Assembly (NCBI GenBank): GCA_964616145.1
Contig: CAZTRD010000002.1
Coordinates: 4,553-68,552 of the forward strand
Reading direction: 5' to 3'
Source: an uncultured Candidatus Saccharibacteria bacterium
Lineage (GTDB): Bacteria > Patescibacteriota > Minisyncoccia > Minisyncoccales > PEYH01
Length of the DNA: 64,000 nucleotides
Shown here one piece after another: positions 56,844 to 64,000 of the stretch (positions are counted from its first letter, which is position 1; the number at the start of each line of letters is the position of its first letter). The notes under the pieces are model-generated. The model made no database searches. It was not told the origin of the DNA and was given only the letters and a program-made list of their open reading frames with translations. The translations under genes and the position numbers were made by a program.

Positions 56844-58470
56844 ATTTTAATCCGATCGTATGAAGAAATATTTTCAACTCTTTAATTCGCAAAACAAAAC
56901 TCATGAAAAGATATGAAAGGATTCCGAAAATTGTTGTAACGATTGCTTGAATCAGAACTCCTTTGGCTGTTAAAACATTAATACATTGGGCCATTAAAGT
57001 CATGCAGATATACATAATGCCAGACATTACCAAACTGGCTATCAATATCTTTCTTGCTGATTCCCAAACATCCCAAATGGGAAGATTTTTTACTTTTCTT
57101 AATAAAAGAAACAGTAAGAACCCAAACTGCAGGAATCCTGTGATCGTAATGGACAAAGGCAAGCCGATTACTCCAATATTTGATATGTCTTCCAAGCTTA
57201 ACAGCCGGGCAAAGAAATTAGAAAAGAAATTAGAAAAGCTGAATGCCCAGGTTAAAAGCCAGGATAGTCCAACATTTATCGCTAAAGCCAAAACACTATT
57301 GAAGAACGGGGTTTTGGTATCTTTAACGGCAAAAAACATTCTTTGGAAAAATGGGATTAAGGTATATGTAAATATCCCTAAACTGAATAATCCAAGACAG
57401 GCAGCTGTTAATCTTGTATCTATCCAACCAAACTTGCCAGTCCCCAACACAATCCTTACCACCGGACCTCTTAAAAGAAACAAAGCAAAACTTATCGGAA
57501 GAACTAAGAATAATGTCTGTCTGAATGTAGAAGAAAAACTGTCACAGAATTTATCTTTTTCTCCTTCTGCCCAGAATCTGGCTAAAAAAGGATAGGCAGC
57601 TACCGCAAACGATCCTCCAATTATACTTATCGGAAATGATCTCAAATTTTCCGAAAAACTGAAGATTGATATATTCCCTACTCCTATCATGGAAGCAATA
57701 GCTGTCACTATTATCAAATTAAAATGGGATGCCACAGCGCTGAAAGTTCTTGGGATCATCAGCCAGAATATTTTTCTTAAACCAGGAGATTTTAAATTAA
57801 ATATCGGCTTGTACCTAAATCCACTGGATATGACTGATGGAAGTTGCACAAACCAATGCAAAAACGCTCCCAAAACAGCTCCAAAAGCAAGCCCCTTTAA
57901 TCCAAAAATTGGCAAAAAGAAAAATATTCCAAATATTATCCCGAGATTATAAAAGATCGGAGCAATGGCAAAAGAAATAAATCTATTGAAATATTGGAGA
58001 ACGCTGGAAAATATATTCGATATACCAAAAAATATCGGGCTTAAAAATAGGATTCTTGTCAAAGCTACTGCCTGAGCCATATTATCAGGAGTAAATCCGG
58101 GAACTATCAGCTTCATCAGATAAGGGGTGAAAATGAATAGTAATCCGCAGATTATAATTGAAAAAACTAAAAACACATTCAGCAGATTATTTGTTAGCTC
58201 CCAGGCCTTTTTTTCATCTTTGCAGTAGTGCTCAGAAAAGATAGGCAGAAATGCAGCGATTATTCCTCCGGAAATTAAAATCGCAAAAACAAGATTAGGG
58301 ATTCTAAAAGCAGCATAATATATATCTAATTCCTGGCTGGCTCCGAATTTCCCAGCCAGTAATCTATCTCTTAAAAATCCTAACAATCCGCTAGCAATAC
58401 TAGATACGGAAAGAATAATGGCTGCTGAAGTTATGCTTTTTGAAGTTTTTCCTAAAACTCTTTTAATCAT
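56827..58470 (-). CDS. murJ: Lipid II flippase MurJ
   Basis: G.LRD.L.A.FGA...D.Y.AAFRIPN; FA.KDTKTP; many TMs. Confidence 0.92.
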   Translation of the reverse strand: MIKRVLGKTSKSITSAAIILSVSSIASGLLGFLRDRLLAGKFGASQELDIYYAAFRIPNLVFAILISGGIIAAFLPIFSEHYCKDEKKAWELTNNLLNVFLVFSIIICGLLFIFTPYLMKLIVPGFTPDNMAQAVALTRILFLSPIFFGISNIFSSVLQYFNRFISFAIAPIFYNLGIIFGIFFFLPIFGLKGLAFGAVLGAFLHWFVQLPSVISSGFRYKPIFNLKSPGLRKIFWLMIPRTFSAVASHFNLIIVTAIASMIGVGNISIFSFSENLRSFPISIIGGSFAVAAYPFLARFWAEGEKDKFCDSFSSTFRQTLFLVLPISFALFLLRGPVVRIVLGTGKFGWIDTRLTAACLGLFSLGIFTYTLIPFFQRMFFAVKDTKTPFFNSVLALAINVGLSWLLTWAFSFSNFFSNFFARLLSLEDISNIGVIGLPLSITITGFLQFGFLLFLLLRKVKNLPIWDVWESARKILIASLVMSGIMYICMTLMAQCINVLTAKGVLIQAIVTTIFGILSYLFMSFVLRIKELKIFLHTIGLKYGKKN

Positions 58471-59164
58471 TGCTTTTTCTTAAAATAATTATCGGGGTTT
58501 GCTGTTCACCCTGCCCTGAAGGATTGTCTTTTAATATTTCTAACATTAAAAATTCTTTTCCTTTTAAATTGCTACTGGTTCCCAGAATATTTCCTCCTAA
58601 ATCATTTACATCAGCAATAATATTCTCAAAACCATACTTTCCTTTTATCCTATCGCACCATTCATTACAATTCTCCGGTCCAAGTATTCCCATCTCCAAA
58701 TATTCCTTAAAGGCCTCCCCATAGAACCCGTCCAATTCATTAACTTGATGGCCAGCTACTTTGTAAAACACTCCCCTCTTTCCAATCAACTTTCCTAAAA
58801 TGCTTAAAAATCCAGCTAGAAATATTCTTGGAAGTCCTGCCATGTTAATAGCTACCTGCATTTTTAAAGGATTCCCTACAGAAAATCCATATGGAGTTTT
58901 TGTCACGAATTTTGAGAGAAATTTAGCCCAAAAACCAACTTTAAGATCTTTTTTGTAAATTACTTTGTTTTGAACCAAAGAAACTATTTTTTGAGAAAAA
59001 GAAACTATATCTGTTTCTTTAATGTTTCCGATAATATATTTCTCAATAATATTATCAATATTTTCCCCCGGTCTGACAAAGTGCGTTTTAACTGGAAATC
59101 TCTGCCAGATTTCCTGGCTCGTCTGAATTTCTATTTTTTTACCATCATTAGCTGAAAAATCCAT
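58463..59164 (-). CDS. F420-0:gamma-glutamyl ligase (CofE)-like protein
   Basis: PVKTH, S.KIVS..Q, DG, IADVND.GG, DNP.GQ..QQTPI. Confidence 0.7.
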   Translation of the reverse strand: MDFSANDGKKIEIQTSQEIWQRFPVKTHFVRPGENIDNIIEKYIIGNIKETDIVSFSQKIVSLVQNKVIYKKDLKVGFWAKFLSKFVTKTPYGFSVGNPLKMQVAINMAGLPRIFLAGFLSILGKLIGKRGVFYKVAGHQVNELDGFYGEAFKEYLEMGILGPENCNEWCDRIKGKYGFENIIADVNDLGGNILGTSSNLKGKEFLMLEILKDNPSGQGEQQTPIIILRKSND

Positions 59165-59215
59165 ATATAATCATTCATTCTAATCATATTCTGCCATATA
59201 TTCAATGGATAGAGA

Positions 59216-59240
59216 AACGGGAAGGCCGTGCCTTCCCGTT
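59216..59240 (-). terminator. Perfect 11-bp hairpin
   Basis: AACGGGAAGGC-cgt-GCCTTCCCGTT. Confidence 0.6.
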
Positions 59241-59268
59241 GCGATCCGCAATGTAGAGCGCTGCTGCC

Positions 59269-59400
59269 CTACGTAGCGCCTCTCGTCTGCGTCCATGCGC
59301 CACGACCTCGAGCGCCGGGGCCGTTACGCGACGTCGTCGGTCTGCCGCTTCCTCCCGTGAGTGCAGTCTGCTTCTTGTTGATAATCTGGCGATACTTCAC
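59269..59400 (-). CDS. Small basic Gly/Arg/Thr-rich peptide (43 aa), GC-rich
   Basis: AAGGGGGG SD + GTG; MKYRQIINKKQTALTGGSGRPTTSRNGPGARGRGAWTQTRGAT; terminator follows. Confidence 0.4.
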   Translation of the reverse strand: MKYRQIINKKQTALTGGSGRPTTSRNGPGARGRGAWTQTRGAT

Positions 59401-59479
59401 CGTATCCCCCCTTCGACAGATCGACATGACCAATCTGCTGATTTAATTCTAGCTCTAATTAGTTTTTTTAACAATAAAA

Positions 59480-59800
59480 TTACTTTTTGAATCGAGAGTA
59501 TATTTTATTAAAATCAGAATCCTTGTAGATTATTACGAACCTATCTTTGTACTTTAATCCTTGAATTATTGAACCCGAAAAAAATCCTAATAAAATTGGG
59601 TTATAAATTTTTAGAATTAATAAAATTATCAGTACTATCAAACAATAAATCCAATGATGCATATGTATTCTATAACCACAAATTAAAGGTCTTATTGATT
59701 TTTTAACTTTATCTCCTGCAAATTTTCCCGAGAATACATTACAAAAGGTAAATCCGATTATTAAAGAAATAATAAATAATATTATAAAAAGATAATCCAT
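59480..59800 (-). CDS. Small membrane protein
   Basis: Three TMs, H.HHW motif. Confidence 0.65.
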   Translation of the reverse strand: MDYLFIILFIISLIIGFTFCNVFSGKFAGDKVKKSIRPLICGYRIHMHHWIYCLIVLIILLILKIYNPILLGFFSGSIIQGLKYKDRFVIIYKDSDFNKIYSRFKK

Positions 59801-59825
59801 ATTCTAATTTTATAGACCCATCTAA

Positions 59826-60908
59826 TTATTTCTTACCTAAATACCAAACATCATTTACTCTTGCTCCACTAGTAATCATCCCTCCCATAATCCATATCTT
59901 TTCATCATATACCATGCATACCGGATCCTCTCTTCCGTCTAAAGTAGTTGTTGTGTTCAATTTAGTGAAATTAATAGCGTCATCAGAATACCACACATCA
60001 TTATATCCTTTGGCATATCCCGACCATCCAGCTAGAATCCAGAATTTATCCTTAAACACCAAAGCACAATGACCGTGTCTTCCCGGATAGTCAGCTTTTT
60101 CTTTTTCTAAAACCCAATCTTTTCCATTAGTTGTGCTCCAAATATCTTTTCTGCCCATAAAGCCGGGGTTTATCCCTCCATGCAGCCACATTTTTCCATC
60201 AAATACCGTTACTGTCTGATCATATCTGGCCAACCATGGAGCATTCTCTATTATTAATTCCCAAGTTATCCCGTCAGAAGAACTCCAGACGTCATTTTTT
60301 GCTCCTTTATCATCAACTCCTCCTATCAGCCATAGCTTATCCTCAAAAGCAACTAAAGAATGCCCTTTTCTGGCAGACCAAGGAGTTGTTGAAGCAACTT
60401 CTGTCCAATTAATTCCATCTACAGAACTCCATACATCATTATGGAATTTCCAATCATCTTTTACCCATCCACCGGCAAGGTATAGTTTGTCTTTTAGAAT
60501 AGTAACAGCATGAGCTCTTCTCTTTCCCCAAGAAGCAGTAGCATTTTCCAGATTCCAAGTGATTCCGTCTATAGAACTCCATATATCGCTTTCATGAACA
60601 TGGCTTTCATATGATAATGCTTTGCTTCCATCTCTCACTCCTCCAAAAACCCAAAGCTTCCCATTAAAAGCTATTCCTGTATGGGCATCTCTCTTCTGCC
60701 AATTGGCAGAAGATGTAGCTTCATTCCAAGTAAGCAATGTTGGATCAAAAACTTCCGCTATTTCCTCTGTAGTTGTAGATTCTTCATTAGTTACATTTAA
60801 AATATCTTCATTCGTATCTTTTTTAAAAAGAGAAAGGATAGAGAAAAGAATTATACAAAAAACACATAGGCCAACCACAATCAAGAAAGATTTAAATGCT
60901 TTATTCAT
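59826..60908 (-). CDS. Membrane-anchored Kelch-repeat beta-propeller protein
   Basis: Six R..H.......LW..GG...NDVWSS.DG..W repeats. Confidence 0.85.
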   Translation of the reverse strand: MNKAFKSFLIVVGLCVFCIILFSILSLFKKDTNEDILNVTNEESTTTEEIAEVFDPTLLTWNEATSSANWQKRDAHTGIAFNGKLWVFGGVRDGSKALSYESHVHESDIWSSIDGITWNLENATASWGKRRAHAVTILKDKLYLAGGWVKDDWKFHNDVWSSVDGINWTEVASTTPWSARKGHSLVAFEDKLWLIGGVDDKGAKNDVWSSSDGITWELIIENAPWLARYDQTVTVFDGKMWLHGGINPGFMGRKDIWSTTNGKDWVLEKEKADYPGRHGHCALVFKDKFWILAGWSGYAKGYNDVWYSDDAINFTKLNTTTTLDGREDPVCMVYDEKIWIMGGMITSGARVNDVWYLGKK

Positions 60909-60932
60909 ATATTTATTCTAGCACAAAAGCAC

Positions 60933-60958
60933 AAGGGCAGGACTAAGGTCCTGCCCTT
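60933..60958 (-). terminator. Hairpin after GC-rich ORFan
   Basis: AAGGGCAGGAC-taag-GTCCTGCCCTT. Confidence 0.6.
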
Positions 60959-60969
60959 CTCTCTGCGGA

Positions 60970-61293
60970 TCACGGGATCGAGAACGAGAGATCGGTCGTC
61001 TTGCCCGGAAGGATCGGGAGGCCATCCAGGATCATCACTACGTGTCGCTGGTACATGGATGGCAACCCCATCCGACTGAGGCATTGTCCGATAGACCCCA
61101 CGATGATCGCCCTCGAGCAATCGGGCACTTCAAAACTCATCATGAGTTCATTCCCTGGCCCAGTTAGCAGTTCAGGTATCGCTCTGGGCTGCCAACCACC
61201 TTGATCCAACTCTTCAGGTGTTTGGCTCAGCGCGATGGCTCCCGAAGTCTTCGTTTGGTGCCCGTCTGGACATATTGCGACATAGAAGTCCAC
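60970..61293 (-). CDS. Hypothetical protein, GC-rich ORFan
   Basis: AAGGGGGTAGGGA SD + GTG; upstream TTGACA...TAGAAT; downstream terminator. Confidence 0.5.
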   Translation of the reverse strand: MDFYVAICPDGHQTKTSGAIALSQTPEELDQGGWQPRAIPELLTGPGNELMMSFEVPDCSRAIIVGSIGQCLSRMGLPSMYQRHVVMILDGLPILPGKTTDLSFSIP

Positions 61294-61374
61294 TCCCTAC
61301 CCCCTTTCTTTAGTTCCAAGATCCGCAAAAGGATCCAAGCCTATTCTATCTCTTTGATTCTTCTTTTGTCAATT

Positions 61375-61917
61375 TTATTCAAATTTTATCGGTACTCTCA
61401 AAAAATCATCGTTTTCCGGCAATCCGGAAGGATTGTCTTTCAAAAGCATGAGGTCTGCCTTTTTAATTCCAGGATTTGTGAATTCAATTTTAGCTTCAAA
61501 TGGAACAAAATCTTCTGTCATCCAATCAGATTTTGCAGTAGCTATCGCAGCAGCTAATTCATTCTCATTCTCATCAATTAATTTTATCGGAAAGCTTGCT
61601 TCAAAAAACCATGATCCCTTGGCTTGACCATTAATTTCTATTGTATTCCCTACAATAGCGTTAGGTCGTGGATTATCTATCCTTATCACGTTCTGTTTTT
61701 CCATTTCATTTCCGATATCCTGAGTAAAACTTTTTCCATCTTTAGTCATACATCTAGCAGGATAGCTTTCCATGATAGGATTGCCTGCGGCAGCGCATTC
61801 ATCAAAATTAGTAATATCGTTTTGAGGAGCATGCGTACTATATGTAGAAACTAGCCAAACGATCAAAGCAATTATTATTACTCCTAGAATATATATTAAT
61901 ATTTTTTTAGTATTCAT
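61375..61917 (-). CDS. Gmad2 immunoglobulin-like domain protein
   Basis: TM; NFDEC.AAGNPIMESYP..C; G.A.G.WFFEASFP; DNPSGLPE. Confidence 0.82.
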   Translation of the reverse strand: MNTKKILIYILGVIIIALIVWLVSTYSTHAPQNDITNFDECAAAGNPIMESYPARCMTKDGKSFTQDIGNEMEKQNVIRIDNPRPNAIVGNTIEINGQAKGSWFFEASFPIKLIDENENELAAAIATAKSDWMTEDFVPFEAKIEFTNPGIKKADLMLLKDNPSGLPENDDFLRVPIKFE

Positions 61918-62079
61918 ATTTTTAATTATTTTAATTTTATTGTTCAGTTTTTAATCAAGATCCTCAATCCTTCCAATATTGTTTACTCTCCGGAGGAATG
62001 AAGATACTTGATATCATTGTACAAATCAGTATAATGGAAATATCTTACAGTACGTCCTGACGCGAGCCGGGACGGTTTT

Positions 62080-62943
62080 TTATTTCTCCTTAACGAGCGA
62101 AAATATTGATCTTAATAATTCATTTATATAGTCCATGGAAGAATCATTTGTTATTACGATATCATAGTTAAAAAGATAAAGTTTTAAATTTTCTTCTATA
62201 TTTTCATTTAAAAATCCGATTTTTATTAAATTATCATGACTAAAGCTTTTAACCATATTGATGTCTTCTATGTTATCTCCTAATAGTATAATATTTTTTC
62301 TATCTTTTAGCTCCTCAAAAACAAGGTAATTTCTGATATTTATCTCTTCTTTATTCAGAGCATGAATTATCGGTTCATTGAAACCAGTAGCGTTCCCATT
62401 GCCATCCCATTCATATGAATTAGATATGATATGAATATTATCATACAGTCTATTTTCTCTTTTAAAAAACATGGAGATAGGATCCCTTCCTAAGCCACTG
62501 GAAGATATAATTAATAAAGGGATTCTATGTTCGTTTAAGAAGTCTAAGAATTCCAGGGCTCCTTCTCTAAATCTTATCTTTTTAGAATTAATAATATTCC
62601 TTAAATCTTTTTTATTTAAGCCTGAGTTAATCAATAAGCTGGAATGAGTCGTCCACCATTCATGCATTGCTTCCTTCCTCTTTTCTAAAGGAATCTTAAG
62701 ATCAATTTCAATCGGATGGTACTTATCATAGAGGGCATGCGCTTTCTCAGCGTAATCTGGGGTTAGATAATTTCCATCGCGTAAGATTGAGATTAAAGAA
62801 GGTATGTTTTTCCTATCAATAAATGCCTTTGTTAAAGTTCTATCAAAATCAGTCAAAATATAAAGTTTTGAAACTCCATCTTCGGAGATTGACTTCTTTA
62901 GGCTGTCTAATCTCTCTGGCTTTGGAATAAAAACATTATCCAT
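62080..62943 (-). CDS. HAD-family pyrimidine 5'-nucleotidase (UMPH-1/cN-III-like)
   Basis: DFDRTLT, Y.PIE.D...EK....M.EWW, LLGD...D..M, KIGFLN. Confidence 0.85.
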   Translation of the reverse strand: MDNVFIPKPERLDSLKKSISEDGVSKLYILTDFDRTLTKAFIDRKNIPSLISILRDGNYLTPDYAEKAHALYDKYHPIEIDLKIPLEKRKEAMHEWWTTHSSLLINSGLNKKDLRNIINSKKIRFREGALEFLDFLNEHRIPLLIISSSGLGRDPISMFFKRENRLYDNIHIISNSYEWDGNGNATGFNEPIIHALNKEEINIRNYLVFEELKDRKNIILLGDNIEDINMVKSFSHDNLIKIGFLNENIEENLKLYLFNYDIVITNDSSMDYINELLRSIFSLVKEK

Positions 62944-63014
62944 TACATTATCCTATCAAAAATCTTTTAGTTAATCCATTTAAAACTTAAAAACCGCATT
63001 TTGCGGTTCTTAAG

Positions 63015-63384
63015 TTGCCCAAGTAGATAGTAAGCCGAATTCTGTTTCCAATAAATTGGACGGCAATCATTTGTCTTGGCCAAAAATCTCTTTTTGGCTC
63101 CAGCGAGTTACCTTTACCCTGATAAATTTGATAAATCAAATTTTTAGGGATTTACTCTTGCACCCAGGTAGGGATTTAGCCGTTTCATTGCCTAAGTTAC
63201 CTTAGACACTTATCCTTTTTCAAGGATAGTTTCTGATTCTCACCAGAAACCGTCTCTGTTCGCACCCCTCTATTACTAGGGACGGGTATTGCCCGCTACC
63301 ATTTCTAGTTTTAAAAACTAGGCGAGTGTTCGGACTTTCCTCGATGAATTAAATTCACCGCGATTGCCTAATCTACTTGAGCAA
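63015..63384 (-). ncRNA. rnpB: RNase P RNA
   Basis: GAGGAAAGTCCG near the 5' end, CAGAATTCGGCTTA near the 3' end; P1 TTGCTCAAGTAGAT / ATCTACTTGGGCAA. Confidence 0.93.
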
Positions 63385-63520
63385 TAGCAATTATATCAGA
63401 ATAAATTATAATGTCAAGCTGCTGTTTTTAGAAAAAATCAATTTTTAAGATTCTTGGCCTATTTAAACAAAAACAGTTCTAATTTTTAGAGCTGTTTTTG
63501 TTTTCTAATCATATATCCGC

Positions 63521-63589
63521 TTATTCAGTTGGATTTTCAACTGGTGTTTCTGGAGTTGTTTGATCTTCTCCATCCATGTAAAATTTCAT
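63521..63589 (-). CDS. Tiny acidic peptide (22 aa)
   Basis: MKFYMDGEDQTTPETPVENPTE. Confidence 0.3.
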   Translation of the reverse strand: MKFYMDGEDQTTPETPVENPTE

Positions 63590-63786
63590 GATATTGTAAA
63601 CCACAGAATTTAAAAAACCCTGCGATAAGATTAATTTTCTAACGACCTTTCGATCTCCATCATTTGTAGAATAAAAAACTCAAAACAATTTTTAACGATT
63701 CCTTGTTTGAGTTCTACGCTATTATCCTATTATAATCTCCTTTTTTTGTCAATACACTGCGTAATTCTTTACCTATCATTTATTTA

Positions 63787-64000
63787 TTAAAACAAACTCT
63801 TAACCTCTTTATCCAGCGCTTCATTGGCAGCCCTGTCAGCTTTTCTGTTTTCTTCTCTTGGAATTAATGTAAAAGATGTTTTCCCAATTTCAACTCTTAA
63901 ATTCCAAACTTGCATGAAAAGAGATTGGATCTTCGGTTCCATTATCTTGTACTCCCCTTTCAACTGCGAAACCATCAATTGGGAATCAGACCTTACTTCA
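63787..64000 (-). CDS. rnhA: Ribonuclease HI family protein (C-terminal part; 5' end outside window)
   Basis: SDSQLMV.QLKGEYK, IPREEN..AD..AN.ALD. Confidence 0.85.
   Translation of the reverse strand, partial: EVRSDSQLMVSQLKGEYKIMEPKIQSLFMQVWNLRVEIGKTSFTLIPREENRKADRAANEALDKEVKSLF

Noticed and set aside
56963-57595. 210-aa plus-strand ORF
   Set aside because: Antisense shadow of murJ
59370-59400. RQIINKK peptide shared with the N-terminus of the DUF4352 protein
   Set aside because: Seven residues with different codons; likely coincidence

Overview
AT-rich bacterial chromosome segment. Gene content, small intergenic spaces and mostly Shine-Dalgarno-less core genes suggest Patescibacteria/CPR (Parcubacteria-like); this is inference. 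The backbone has rplY (partial), murC, thpR, the AmmeMemoRadiSam trio, a degenerate priA, ychF, ftsEX, frameshifted prfB, a DivIC-like gene, lepA, murJ, RNase P RNA, RNase HI (partial) and tRNA-Gln/Thr/Gly. A ~28 kb accessory island (~16.7-45.1 kb) carries a minus-strand array of candidate defence genes: DUF3800, PD-(D/E)XK nucleases, HEPN-like, RelA/SpoT, UvrD + Cas4-like nuclease, ClpP-like, and type ISP/IIG-like RM + SNF2 helicase. A divergent module encodes two DNA methylases, a terminase pair and a large serine recombinase but no portal or capsid genes. Most notable unexplained signals: (i) a compact pseudoknotted RNA with GNRA loops just after the recombinase (42820-42960); (ii) a ~170 bp covarying structured element present twice, bracketing most of the island; (iii) four gene cassettes with a shared scaffold and tRNA-Gly-3'-end mimics between tRNA-Thr and tRNA-Gly; (iv) small convergent RNAs at the 3' ends of nuclease genes; (v) GC-rich, strong-SD ORFans scattered through the SD-poor backbone, including a CiaB-like metallopeptidase. 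All calls are by eye; no searches or folding programs were run.
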